DNA of 64,000 nt, taken from assembly GCA_965219385.1 (NCBI GenBank), contig CBDCNM010000001.1, positions 732,631-796,630 on the forward strand. The letters are read 5' to 3'. Source of the stretch: Candidatus Latescibacterota bacterium (GTDB lineage Bacteria > Latescibacterota > UBA2968 > UBA8231). Made by a program: the position numbers and the translations under genes. Shown here piece after piece: positions 27,087 to 37,352 of the stretch. Every line of letters begins with the position of its first letter. Position 1 is the stretch's first letter. Under the pieces are notes generated by a model. The model was not told the DNA's origin and did not search any database. It worked only from the letters and a program-made list of their open reading frames with translations.

Positions 27087-28349
27087 ATGAGCTTGCAGCC
27101 TTTTATGTTCATGGGCAACATCCAGGCCTTCGAAAACGAGGGGGCCGACTACATCAACCAGCGCCTGTGGGACGGCGGCATACGAGAAATGGTGCTGGGG
27201 GATTTGATCCTGCACGCCGGCCAGGTTTCGGGGCCTTCCTTCGCCCCCAATCTGGAACTGTACGAGAATACCAGGGGGCAACCAGCCGAACTACCCGAGG
27301 CTCTTGAGGGACCGAGCCGGATCTTCCGGGATGCAGTAAAAGCCGCGGCCGACAAAGGTTTCAAACTCTACTTCCACGACTGGGGGCAGTTCGGCTGGTT
27401 CCAGGAGGGTTCCTGCCTGAACAATCCGGATCAGATCCGCTTTGGCCAGGCCCGCACCCGCGACACCTTGGCGCACTACCCGGAAACCCACGGCTTTATC
27501 CTGGACGGACCCGAGTACGGCTATGAAATAGAGCCGGGTCACCGCAGCGATGTATTCCAGTGTTTCTGCGAACACTGCCGAAACAAGGCCGCGCAGCTGG
27601 GGTATGATTTCGCCGCAATGAAAGAGGCCGCCGAACGGCTCAGGGGGTATTTACGCCGGTTGACTCCCAGTGTGATGCAGGGCTTTATCTCCACCCAGAC
27701 CGGGCCCTTTGACGCCGTGGATATGCTGTTGCAGGATCCGGCCCTTTTCGACTGGCTGCGCTTCAAGACGGAGTGCATCCAGGACTACGTCGGGGCTTTC
27801 TATGCCTGTGTAAAGGAAATCAATCCGGAGCTACAGCTGGCCTGCGGGCCGCGGACTTCGGCCTTTGCGCCGTTGACCGCGCACAATTACCGCCGCCTCA
27901 ACGGGGTGACGGATTTCATCGCCCCCAAGCTGTACTTCTGGCAGCACGGCGTCGATGGCCTGAAGGGAACGGTCTACCGCTATGCCACAACCCTGATGGA
28001 ATGGAACCAAGGGGTGGACGAGGCACTGGCGCTGGAATTTGTCTACAAGCTCTTCGGGTTTAATATGCCGGGGGTGGACTCGCTGGAGAGCTTGTCAGAG
28101 CCCCTGGCACCGGCCTTTTTCACCGAGACCGTGCCCGGCGAAATCGCCAAGATGATCCACCGGACCGGTCCGGTGGAAAGGCTGCGGCCCTGGGTCGGGT
28201 TGCACCACGGCGGGGTGCGGATTTCGTCCGCGGAGCTGTCCTTGCTCCTCGGGGCCATCCGGGAGAGCGGTTTGCAGAGTTTCATTTACTGGCATTATTC
28301 GGATATGAGCGAGGAAGAGTGGCAGATATTGCAAGGTTTTATCGGCTAG
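27087..28349 (+). CDS. Putative glycoside-hydrolase-like TIM-barrel protein
   Basis: CLNNP, GFILDGPEY, CFCEHC, W..FK, DFIAPKLY motifs; GAGGAG RBS before ATG 27087. Confidence 0.55.
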   Translation: MSLQPFMFMGNIQAFENEGADYINQRLWDGGIREMVLGDLILHAGQVSGPSFAPNLELYENTRGQPAELPEALEGPSRIFRDAVKAAADKGFKLYFHDWGQFGWFQEGSCLNNPDQIRFGQARTRDTLAHYPETHGFILDGPEYGYEIEPGHRSDVFQCFCEHCRNKAAQLGYDFAAMKEAAERLRGYLRRLTPSVMQGFISTQTGPFDAVDMLLQDPALFDWLRFKTECIQDYVGAFYACVKEINPELQLACGPRTSAFAPLTAHNYRRLNGVTDFIAPKLYFWQHGVDGLKGTVYRYATTLMEWNQGVDEALALEFVYKLFGFNMPGVDSLESLSEPLAPAFFTETVPGEIAKMIHRTGPVERLRPWVGLHHGGVRISSAELSLLLGAIRESGLQSFIYWHYSDMSEEEWQILQGFIG

Positions 28350-28416
28350 GGGCCCCTCTGCCCGAGGATGTGGCGGGAGAGGTTGAGGCCCTGTGACCAA
28401 AAAAGGAGGAGTGTTC

Positions 28417-29154
28417 ATGTCCACCATAAAAGTTTCGATTCGCTACTACAAGGACTATCCCGGCGGGTACGATTATGGCTATGAGACGCTGGCATTGAAG
28501 TTCGAGGAATGCGCCTTCCTGCTGGTGGACGTGGATGGGCGTTCGCCCAATCCGACCACGGAAAACTTCATTGCCCCGGCTTTGCAGGTGGCCCGCCAGG
28601 TCGGCATGCTGGTGAACTACGTGCACAACGATCTGCGCCTGGTGGCCGATCCCGGCAATATCGTGGGCGAAATCTGGGGCAGGACCAAAAGCGGCAATAA
28701 GGGAAACGGCATCGAGGGATGGGCCCGGAACAAAGACTTCAAACCCGAGTACCTCGACTGCGTGGCCCCCACGGAGGGAGAGCCGAACTTCCCCAAGTGG
28801 ATCTGGAGCGGGTTTCACGACACCTTTCTGGACCAGCATCTGCGCAGTTGGGGCATCAAAACCCTCTTTGTGGTGGGCTACAGCCGGCGCGCCTGCCTGC
28901 ACTACACCTGCGCCGAAGCGGTGGGGCGGAACTACCGGGTTATCCTGTTGCGGGATTGCTCGAACGCGCCGGGAACCATCGAGATGCCGGATACCTTGGA
29001 CGACGGCCTGCCGGAAGGCGGGTGGATCAATCGGATCACCCTGAGGAATTTTGAGCACCTGATCGGGTATACCACTACGGCGGCGGAATTCATCCAGGCC
29101 TGCCGGGATTTACCAGGGGACGCCAACCGACCCCTCCCCAAGAAAGCGCAATGA
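28417..29154 (+). CDS. Cysteine hydrolase / isochorismatase family
   Basis: LLVD, K...SGF..T.LD..LR..GI.TL.V.G....C..T triad pattern; AGGAGG RBS. Confidence 0.85.
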   Translation: MSTIKVSIRYYKDYPGGYDYGYETLALKFEECAFLLVDVDGRSPNPTTENFIAPALQVARQVGMLVNYVHNDLRLVADPGNIVGEIWGRTKSGNKGNGIEGWARNKDFKPEYLDCVAPTEGEPNFPKWIWSGFHDTFLDQHLRSWGIKTLFVVGYSRRACLHYTCAEAVGRNYRVILLRDCSNAPGTIEMPDTLDDGLPEGGWINRITLRNFEHLIGYTTTAAEFIQACRDLPGDANRPLPKKAQ

Positions 29155-30152
29155 CGAGGAAACGCATCGCCGTTGCCGGGGCCGGCAACATGGCCCGGGC
29201 GCGGGGCCGGGCCTTCCTGGAAACCGGTCGGGCCCGGATTTGCGCGGTGGCCGCCCGCCATGTGGACACGGCCCGGGCCTGTGCTGCGGAGCTGGGCTGC
29301 GCTCACTACTGCGACGACTACCGACGCTTGGCCGAGGACCGGCCGGACGCCATCCTGATCGAAACACCTCATAAGGTACAGGACGAGGTGGCCCTGTGGG
29401 CGCTCGAGGCGGGTTTTGATGTGCTCATTGGCGGCTGCCTGGCCTCCTGCGTGGATCAGGGCAACCGGATTGTGGCGCTGGCAGAACAGGGGCCGCGAAT
29501 TGTCGAGGCCGGGTATCAGCGGCGTTATGACCCGGTGTGGGAGGAGATCCGCCAGCTGGTCCAGGGAGGTGTCCTCGGAGAGCCTATCATGGCAATCAGC
29601 ATGGCGCTGTGGAACCCGGCGCCCGAGCGCTGGTACTACGATCAGGAACTGAGCGGGGGCATGCCGCTGACCCATCTGAGCTACTGCTATACGAACGCCA
29701 TCCGCTGGATTCTGGGCGTTCCCGAGATCGTTACAGCCATGGCCAACCGCAAGGTCCATACAGACCCTGGCCAGGTCCTGGAGGAGAGCTGCGCCGCCAC
29801 CATTGGATTTACCAGTGGCGCCTTTGTGGCCGCTACGGCCAGTTATGCCGGACCTGCTGGAATGAGCGATGCGGATACCTGCTTTGTCTGCAGCGAGGGC
29901 GGGATTCAGGTCCATGGAGACAGCATCACCGTGTTTCGCGCCGACGGCTCTGAAGAGCGCTGTTTCAAGGTCGTTCCCTCACCCTTTGTGCGCCAGGCAC
30001 AGGCTTTCCTCGAGGCCCTGGATAAACGCGAAAACATCCGGAATCCTCCCGCCGACGCCCTCCTGGATATCCGCATTGCCGCGGCCATCTCCCTCTCTGT
30101 CCGGACCGGCCGGACCGTTGCTCTGACAGGCGCGGCTGCCGATGGGTCTTGA
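29151..30152 (+). CDS. Gfo/Idh/MocA family oxidoreductase
   Basis: GAGNMA Rossmann motif, I.TP, GYQRRYDP, SGG; canonical EKP replaced by GGC. Confidence 0.8.
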   Translation: MTRKRIAVAGAGNMARARGRAFLETGRARICAVAARHVDTARACAAELGCAHYCDDYRRLAEDRPDAILIETPHKVQDEVALWALEAGFDVLIGGCLASCVDQGNRIVALAEQGPRIVEAGYQRRYDPVWEEIRQLVQGGVLGEPIMAISMALWNPAPERWYYDQELSGGMPLTHLSYCYTNAIRWILGVPEIVTAMANRKVHTDPGQVLEESCAATIGFTSGAFVAATASYAGPAGMSDADTCFVCSEGGIQVHGDSITVFRADGSEERCFKVVPSPFVRQAQAFLEALDKRENIRNPPADALLDIRIAAAISLSVRTGRTVALTGAAADGS

Positions 30153-30218
30153 TGGGGAAATCGCCGCGGCCGGAGGGTGGCTGGTATTTGATTTTCTCAC
30201 CCCAATAGAGAGGGGCTT

Positions 30219-31331
30219 ATGAAGATTCGCGATATAGATACGATCCTGATCGACTCGCCAGGTCGCAAATGGACCATCGTACGGGTCTTCACCGACGAAG
30301 ACCTTGTGGGGCTGGGCGAGGCTACCTATTCTCAGAAGGAACCGGTGGTGGTCGCCGCGGTCGAACACATGAAGCAGGAACTGATCGGCGAGGATCCCGC
30401 CCGCATCGAGTATTTGTGGCACAAGATCTATTGGATTTCCTCGCTCAGCGGCATCTGGCGCATGGCCGGTCCGGTGTGGATGAGCGCCATGAGCGGTATC
30501 GACCAGGCCCTGTGGGACATAAAGGGCAAGGTCGCCAACCTGCCGGTGGTCGAACTACTCGGGGGCAGGTTTCGCGACCGGGTCGAGGTCTACACCCATT
30601 TCGGCGGAGCCACGCCCGAAGATGCCGCCCGCATGGCCCGGGAAAAGCTCGACCAGGGCTACACCGCGCTCAAGAGTGGTCCGCGGGGAGGCAGCGAGCG
30701 CTCCTTCGACCCGTATGGGTACGACGGCAACCCGCGCGAGACCGCCGAATTCTACGCGGCGGTGCGGGAGGAGGTCGGAGCGGATGTCAAGCTGCTGATC
30801 GACTGCCACGGCCGCTTCACCGTGGCCCAGTGCGTCCGCCTGGCCCGGGCTCTGGAGCCTTACGACCTCTACGTCTTCGAAGATCCGGTGCCGCCCGAGG
30901 ATTTGAGCGCCTATCCCAAGGTGCGGCGGGAGATCTCGATCCCGGTCATGGGCAGCGAGCGCCTCAACACCAAGAGCCACTACCGCCAGTTGCTGGAGCT
31001 GGACGGCATTGATGTGGCCCAGCCAGACCTGATGTACGCGGGGGGGATCACCGAGGTTCGCAAGATCGCGGCCATTGCCGATACCTTTCACGTGCCGATC
31101 TCGCCGCACAACACTAAGGGGCCGGTCGGCATCATCGCCGCGGCGCATTTGATGGCCGCGATCCCGAATGTGGCGCCCATGGAGTTCGTCACCGGCATCG
31201 AGTGGCGCGACGAGATCCTCACCGAGCCGCTTGAGGTCGAGGACAGCTGCATCCTGCTGCCCGAGGGACCGGGGCTTGGCATCGAGCTGGACATGGACGG
31301 GGTGGAGAAACATCGCTGGCGGGTGGGGTGA
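30219..31331 (+). CDS. Mandelate racemase/enolase superfamily, galactonate dehydratase-like
   Basis: GLGEA, SGIDQALWDIKGK, DCHGR, EDP, SER, QPD, PHN, P.GPGLG. Confidence 0.9.
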   Translation: MKIRDIDTILIDSPGRKWTIVRVFTDEDLVGLGEATYSQKEPVVVAAVEHMKQELIGEDPARIEYLWHKIYWISSLSGIWRMAGPVWMSAMSGIDQALWDIKGKVANLPVVELLGGRFRDRVEVYTHFGGATPEDAARMAREKLDQGYTALKSGPRGGSERSFDPYGYDGNPRETAEFYAAVREEVGADVKLLIDCHGRFTVAQCVRLARALEPYDLYVFEDPVPPEDLSAYPKVRREISIPVMGSERLNTKSHYRQLLELDGIDVAQPDLMYAGGITEVRKIAAIADTFHVPISPHNTKGPVGIIAAAHLMAAIPNVAPMEFVTGIEWRDEILTEPLEVEDSCILLPEGPGLGIELDMDGVEKHRWRVG

Positions 31332-31436
31332 TCTTCGATCCGGACGTGCCGGGTCGCATTCTGTGGGGAGGCCCCTGTCAGGGCAAACCCGCTTACTGTG
31401 AAGAATTGCTCCAGGCCATGGTCGGCTTCGACGCGG

Positions 31437-32567
31437 TCAACTGTGGTTCAGGCTTTCCGCGAGCGCCTGCAGAAAGCGTTCAATGTCGGCCAGGGTGTTG
31501 TAGCCGTGGATGGCGATGCGCAGGCGGCCGGCGTGGCTCATGATGTGGATATCCCTGGCGTGCAGGGCCCGGTGGATGCGCTCGGCTTGGGGGTGGCGGA
31601 TGGCCACAATCCCTGCCAGCGCGTCCGGCTCGTCCGGGGTAATCAGTTCGACCGGCATCTTTTTCAAGTCCTCCAGGCAGGCCCGCACCAGGGGGCGGGC
31701 GTGGTGGTCGATGGCGTCCACGCCGATGGACTGGATGTAGCTCAGGCCGGCGTTGGCAGCGTATACCGCCGCGTAGTTGGGCATACCTACAGTGAAACTC
31801 GCGGCGCCCGGCTTGCTGGCGACTTGGTCGAAGTTCCTGTTCTGGAAGGGAGCCTGCAAATTGAACCAGCCCCCGGCCGGCACGGTCCAGTCCCTGGTGC
31901 GCGCGGCGGGAACCCCCACGAGGCCGCCGCCGTGGCTGGCGAGGATCCATTTGTGGGTGGAACTGAGGATCAGGTCCACGTCCTCCAGGTCCAGGGGAAT
32001 CCGACCCAGGGCCTGGGTCACATCTAGGGCCAGCAGGGCTGGAGAGTGCCGGCGCACGACCTGGCGCAGGGCGGGAAGCGGGATCTTGAACCCATTGTAA
32101 AAACTCACCATAGAGGAGGTGATGAAGCGGGTTCTGGGACCCAGCAATGGGGTCAGATCTTCCACCCGCAGTGCCCCTTCACGGGCCCGCCAAACCTTGA
32201 CGGTCGCCGGACAACTGGGTTGGAGCCAGGCGGTGGCACCGGAGGGAAAGTCCAGGTCGTTGATGATGACTTCATCGCCGCTCTTCAGATCCAGCGCCAT
32301 GGCCGCCAGGTTGTAGGCCTCGGAAGTGCACGAGCAGATGCCGATTTCCTCAGAGGTCAGTCCATAGGCCCGGGCTGCCTGGGCTTTGGTTTCTGCCCAG
32401 CGCGCCTCGTGTAGTTTCCTCCCGTCCATGCCCAGGAGTTTATCCTGGCCGTACTGGGCCAGGGCTTCTAGTACCACCAGGGGCGGAATCCCCTCGGCGG
32501 CGGTATTGAGATAGGTCTTGTTTTCGAGAGAGGGAAAGTCGGTCTGGCGCGAGGTAGAGGTGAGCAC
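31437..32567 (-). CDS. PLP-dependent aminotransferase class V (C-S lyase/epimerase-like)
   Basis: YLNTAA, D.TQ.LG, SSTHKW (PLP Lys), RIAIH.YN. Confidence 0.85.
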   Translation of the reverse strand: MLTSTSRQTDFPSLENKTYLNTAAEGIPPLVVLEALAQYGQDKLLGMDGRKLHEARWAETKAQAARAYGLTSEEIGICSCTSEAYNLAAMALDLKSGDEVIINDLDFPSGATAWLQPSCPATVKVWRAREGALRVEDLTPLLGPRTRFITSSMVSFYNGFKIPLPALRQVVRRHSPALLALDVTQALGRIPLDLEDVDLILSSTHKWILASHGGGLVGVPAARTRDWTVPAGGWFNLQAPFQNRNFDQVASKPGAASFTVGMPNYAAVYAANAGLSYIQSIGVDAIDHHARPLVRACLEDLKKMPVELITPDEPDALAGIVAIRHPQAERIHRALHARDIHIMSHAGRLRIAIHGYNTLADIERFLQALAESLNHS

Positions 32568-32623
32568 TTTGCTTCCTTTCTTTTAACGTGCTGCTGGATG
32601 AAGTAAGAGAAAAAGACAAATCT

Positions 32624-33868
32624 ATGGCCAATTCCTGGAAACGCAATTTCTACACCCTCTGGATAGCCGAATTCTTCGCCATCATCGGCTTCCAGGCGGT
32701 CCAGCCCTTCATGCCCTACTACATCCAGGAGCTGGGGGTAAAGGATCTGGCCAAGGCCCTGATCTGGTCTGGCTACATAGGCACGGCAGCCGGCCTGGCC
32801 ATGGCCATTTCGTCGCCGATCTGGGGCAGCCTGGCCGACCGCTTCGGACGCAAACCCATGGTGGTGCGCTCCATGCTGGGGGGTGGTTTGACGATATTAT
32901 TGCTGGCTTATGCGACCCGTCCCGAACAGGTTCTGCTGGTGCGGATGGTGCACGGGGTCCTGTCCGGGACGGTAACGGCCTGCATAACCATGGTTTCTAC
33001 CACCACCCCCAGACCTCACCTGGGTTTTGCCCTGGGTATGATGCAGGGGGCCTTTATGCTGGGCGCCTCGGTGGGGCCGTGGCTGGGGGGAGGCGCCATC
33101 GAACATTTCGGCTACCACAACAGCTTCCTGGGAGCCGGGGGCCTGGTTTTGTTGTCCGGCGTCGCTGTCCAATTGTGGGTAAAAGAAGACTTCTCCAGGA
33201 CAAAATCCGCCAAGCCCGCTCCTGGCCAGGATGGCTTCATCCGGGATGCCCAGCGCCTATTGCGGATCCGGCCCTTTTTGATTGTGGTGGCCAGCTTTAC
33301 CCTGACCCAGTTTTCTTTCTCGGTCATCATGCCCGTGGTGCCGCTGTTTTTGCAAAGGCTGGCGAAGACCGACGTCGTCTCCATGGCGGGTATGATCTTT
33401 GCCATAACAGGGCTGACCGGAGCTGTTTCCTCGATTGTGATGGGGCGGTGGAGCGAACGCCTGGGCCTGGTGAAGACCCTGCTCGGCGGGTTGCTCGCAA
33501 GCGCCCTTTTCTTCGTCGGCCAGGGCTTTGCCTCCAGCGTGACCGAACTGGGCATCCTGATGGTATTGAGTGGTATTGCCAGCAGCGCCATTCGGCCGGT
33601 GGCCAATGTCCTGACGACCCGGCTGGTGCCCGAACAGGATCGCGGCAAAGCCTTTGGCGTGCTGTCCAGCGCCAATGCGCTGGGCTGGACTCCGGGGCCG
33701 ATTATCGGGGGGCTGATCGGGGCAGAGCTGGGTTTTCGAGCCGTGTATTTAAGCACGGCCCTGCTTTTTTTGCTGGTGGCCGGGGTGGTGTGGAAGACCC
33801 TGAAGAGGGTCGAGCTGGAGGAAGCGGGGCAAGACCAGAGGAGTAAACCAGGAGGAGCGGCACAGTAA
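32624..33868 (+). CDS. MFS transporter (DHA1/MdtG-like)
   Basis: WGSLADRFGRKPM motif A; about 12 TM helices. Confidence 0.88.
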   Translation: MANSWKRNFYTLWIAEFFAIIGFQAVQPFMPYYIQELGVKDLAKALIWSGYIGTAAGLAMAISSPIWGSLADRFGRKPMVVRSMLGGGLTILLLAYATRPEQVLLVRMVHGVLSGTVTACITMVSTTTPRPHLGFALGMMQGAFMLGASVGPWLGGGAIEHFGYHNSFLGAGGLVLLSGVAVQLWVKEDFSRTKSAKPAPGQDGFIRDAQRLLRIRPFLIVVASFTLTQFSFSVIMPVVPLFLQRLAKTDVVSMAGMIFAITGLTGAVSSIVMGRWSERLGLVKTLLGGLLASALFFVGQGFASSVTELGILMVLSGIASSAIRPVANVLTTRLVPEQDRGKAFGVLSSANALGWTPGPIIGGLIGAELGFRAVYLSTALLFLLVAGVVWKTLKRVELEEAGQDQRSKPGGAAQ

Positions 33869-33920
33869 GGGCCGTAGCCCCCAGGAGCAGGTATTTCACC
33901 TGCCCCTAGGGTGCAGGGTT

Positions 33921-34835
33921 TTACTTTTTCGCCTTTTTCCTGGTTCCCGAACGGCCTGGAAAGGTGAGTTCGGCCACGCCCGATTTGTCCAGTTCTCCCT
34001 TGCCGATCTTGATCATCCGGTCGAACTGGGCCTTGGTGGCCCGGGCCAGGGGCAGGTTGAGTCTGGCCCCCTGGGCCAGTTTGAGGGCAATCCCCGAGTC
34101 CTTGGCGGCGTGGGCGGCGGAGAAGTAACACTCGTGATCCCGGGCCTCCATGTCTTCGCCATCGGTCTCCAGGACCCGGGAATTGGCCCCGGTCTGGGAG
34201 AAAACTTCCATGAGGGTTTTGAGGTTGAGACCCAGGGCCTTGCCCAGCCCCAGACCTTCGGCCAGGCCTGCGGTATTGATGTTCATCACCATGTTGACCA
34301 GGGCCTTGACTTGGGCGGCCTGGCCGGTCTTGCCGATATAGCGCAGGTTGATGCTCATGGCATCGAGGATGGGACGGGCCTTGTCGAAGACCCTCTTCTT
34401 GCCGCCGCACATCAGGTAGAGGGTGCCTTCGCGGGCCTGGGTGATGCTGCTGGCCATGCAACCTTCCAGAGTAAAGGCGCCGGCCCTGGAGGCCCGATCT
34501 TCTACTTCCAGGTGCATGGACGGGGAGATGGTGGCGCAGTTGATGAAGGTTTTGCCCTTGGCCCCCTGCAACAGGCTGTCGCCGCGTTCGGCGAAAATGG
34601 CGCGCATGGACTTGTCGTCGGTGACCACGGTGATGATATAGTCGGCCGCGGCCGTGGCTGCGGCCAGGGTCTTGGCAGGTTTAATGCCCAGTTGTTTGGC
34701 GACCTTACGGGCGGCAGGCGCATGGGAATCGTAGACCGATGTGAGAGAAAAACCCTCGTCTTTGAGGTGGAGGGCAATGTTGCTGCCCATGCGGCCGACG
34801 CCGACTACTCCGATTTTGATATCTGCATTCGACAT
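33921..34835 (-). CDS. NAD(P)-dependent 3-hydroxyisobutyrate dehydrogenase family
   Basis: GVVGVGRMG, A..GTL..M.GG, KALVN, KD...A. Confidence 0.85.
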   Translation of the reverse strand: MSNADIKIGVVGVGRMGSNIALHLKDEGFSLTSVYDSHAPAARKVAKQLGIKPAKTLAAATAAADYIITVVTDDKSMRAIFAERGDSLLQGAKGKTFINCATISPSMHLEVEDRASRAGAFTLEGCMASSITQAREGTLYLMCGGKKRVFDKARPILDAMSINLRYIGKTGQAAQVKALVNMVMNINTAGLAEGLGLGKALGLNLKTLMEVFSQTGANSRVLETDGEDMEARDHECYFSAAHAAKDSGIALKLAQGARLNLPLARATKAQFDRMIKIGKGELDKSGVAELTFPGRSGTRKKAKK

Positions 34836-34947
34836 GATATTCTCCTGGGGAAGGTGGATGGGAGATCAGGCAAAAAATAGGACGATAAGATGATATTTAC
34901 AACAAGAAAGTTATCTGCTATGTTAAGTAAAATAGGAGGTGTGGGCC

Positions 34948-35190
34948 ATGGAACTTGAAAAAGAGTTGCACCAGATCCTGAAGAACGCGATGCAGTTGAT
35001 TGAAGCAGGTCCCGAGGTGCCGGGAGGGGGGGCAAGCCTGGCCGAGTACCTCCGGCGCATCGATCAAATCAAGGGGGAATGGGGCAAGGATGCGCCGCCC
35101 ATGCTACAGCATTATCTGGAAAAGCGGAGTTATACCAAAGCCCTGGACTTTCTCGAAGGAAGAGACGGGACCCTTGCCCCCAACTGTTAG
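34948..35190 (+). CDS. Small hypothetical protein
   Basis: AGGAGGT RBS; helical ORF with L.HYLEKRSY.KAL.FL. Confidence 0.6.
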   Translation: MELEKELHQILKNAMQLIEAGPEVPGGGASLAEYLRRIDQIKGEWGKDAPPMLQHYLEKRSYTKALDFLEGRDGTLAPNC

Positions 35191-35515
35191 GAGTGCACTG
35201 CGCCGCGCCATCTATGAGATGGTGGGGCAGATACCCTATGGCAAGGTAGTGACATATGGTCAAATCGCCACCCTGGCCGGTTATCCGGGACGGGCCCGCC
35301 AGGTAGGCTATGCCTTGGCCGGGATGCCCGAGGAGCTGGATTTGCCCTGGCACCGGGTGATCAATGCCCAGGGCAGGATATCGCCCCGGGTGCGCACCAG
35401 ATTCCACGAATTGCAGCACGTCTTGCTCGAAAACGAAGGGATTGTCTTTGAGGGGGTCTGGATAGATCTGGAGCGCTATGGCTGGAAACCCGCGGAAGAA
35501 GGCGCCGGCGCGTGA
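35174..35515 (+). CDS. Alkyltransferase-like (ATL/YbaZ, MGMT family) DNA-binding protein
   Basis: IPYGKV.TYGQIA...ARQVG...PWHRV (Trp replaces the catalytic Cys). Start approximate (TTG). Confidence 0.85.
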   Translation: MPPTVRSALRRAIYEMVGQIPYGKVVTYGQIATLAGYPGRARQVGYALAGMPEELDLPWHRVINAQGRISPRVRTRFHELQHVLLENEGIVFEGVWIDLERYGWKPAEEGAGA

Positions 35516-36842
35516 GCAGCCTCAACCGGCAGGTGCTGCGCCTGGCCGTGCCCAACTCCTGGCCTCTATCTCGGTTCCCCTGATCGGGATTAGCCGATAC
35601 CGCCATGATAGGCCATCTCCCAGAGGTGGCTTATCTGGGCGCCGTGGCCACGGCGAGCACGATCTTCGACGTGCTTTTTTGGGGGGCGGGTTTTTTGCGC
35701 ATGGGCACCACCGCGCTGGTGGCTCAGTACTTTGGGGCCGGGGATCGCAAAGCCTGCGTCCACACCCTGTATCGCGCCCTGCTGGTTGCCTTGGTCCTGG
35801 CCGTTATTATCTGGCTGCTCCGGGATCTGATCGCCTGGGCGGGTTTCCGCCTGGCCGGGGGCAGTCCCGAAGTCCAGGAATGGGGCCGTCGCTATTTCCG
35901 GTGCGGATTCTTGCGGTGCCCCTGGTCCTGGCCCTGCTGGCCCTGAACGGATTCTTTCTGGGTACGGCCAACGCTCTGGCCCCGATGTACATTACCCTGG
36001 TGGCCAATCTGGTAAATATTGGAGCGGATTATGCCCTGATCTTCGGCCGCCTGGGCGCGCCTGAATTGGGGGTGATCGGGGCCGCCTGGGCCGCGGTGCT
36101 GGCCAACCTCGCCGGGATTGCGACCGGGGCGCTCCTCCTGTTCAAGAAATACAGGGATTTCCTGCGCGAGCCTGTGCAGCACCTCTTTGGGCGGGTACAG
36201 CTGGCGCTCATCTTTAGAACCAACATCAATCTCCTGGGGCGCACCCTGTGTCTGCTCTTTGCCCAGTTCGCCATGCTGGCCCATGGTATCGCGCATGGGG
36301 GAGGTCGCTCTGGGGGCCAATGCAATCGTCTGGCAGATCTGGGCCCTGGTGAGCTATGGAGTGGATGGTTACGCCTTTGCCGCCGAGACCTTGGTGGGCA
36401 ATTATCTGGGATCCAAGAACTATGTGAAGGCACGTCAAGTGACAAAATGTATCTTGATGTGGGGCATAGGAATAGGAGTTTTTTCTCAGTGATTTATGGC
36501 CTCGCGCTCGGGCCGATTGCCCAGGCCTTCACCGAACACCAGGAGGTCGTCGATTTAATCCTGTCGCTGCAACTCCTGATCGCTCTTATCCAGCCATTGA
36601 ATGCCGTGGTTTTTGTGTTCGACGGAATCTTCATCGGAGCCAACGACCTGGGGTATTTGTTCAGAGCCATGGTCATGGCCTCCCTGGGGATCTTTGTGCC
36701 GGCAGCCCTCCTTATGGTCTACTGGCTGGACTGGGGGATCCAGGGGGTCTGGCTGGCCTATAACAGCCTGATGATTGGACGCTTTCTGACCTTGTTGCCG
36801 CGCTACCGGGGGGGTAGATGGTTGCGGACTTTTGTGGTTTAG
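35512..36842 (+). pseudogene. MATE (DinF-like) efflux transporter with five single-base frameshifts
   Basis: Segments MSSLNRQVLRLAVPN / LASISVPLIGI / ADTAMIGHL...FLRMGTT / VRILAVP...RTL.L / MVSRMGEVALGAN...DG.A.A / FSVIY... alternate between two frames. Confidence 0.8.
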
Positions 36843-36962
36843 GTAGAAGATAGAAGAAGGAGGAGATTCAGCTCATTTTTTGTTTTATCGCCAATCTTAA
36901 GAAAATTTGCCAACTTTAACTCTTGGTTTATTTGAGAAACCAGAGGAGAAAGGGAGGAAAAG

Positions 36963-37337
36963 ATGTCGTTTGTCAATGTTGACGATCTGCCCAGGATGGC
37001 ATTGTTCCCGCAAGCCCTGAGCGGCCTGGTCGCCGGAGAGCAAATCATGCTCTCTTTCCTGAACATGGAAGAAGGGTGCGAAGTGCCCGAACACAGTCAC
37101 CCACACGAACAAGCAGGTCTGGTTCTGGCCGGCGCGTTCAGATTCAGGATCGGTTCCGAGGAGAAGGTTACAGGACCTGGGGATGCCTTTATCGTACCGC
37201 CCAATGTGGTACACGCGGGCGTGGTTGAAGAAGGGCCAGCGCGGATCCTGGATATTTTCAGTCCGCCTCGGGAAGATTATATGGCTCGCTACAACAAGTA
37301 CGCCAAGACTTCCTCGAAGACGGTCTGGGAAGCCTGA
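36963..37337 (+). CDS. Cupin domain protein
   Basis: P.HSHPHEQ.G...G...F...GD...VP.NV.H. Confidence 0.88.
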   Translation: MSFVNVDDLPRMALFPQALSGLVAGEQIMLSFLNMEEGCEVPEHSHPHEQAGLVLAGAFRFRIGSEEKVTGPGDAFIVPPNVVHAGVVEEGPARILDIFSPPREDYMARYNKYAKTSSKTVWEA

Positions 37338-37352
37338 CAGAGGGTAAAAGTT

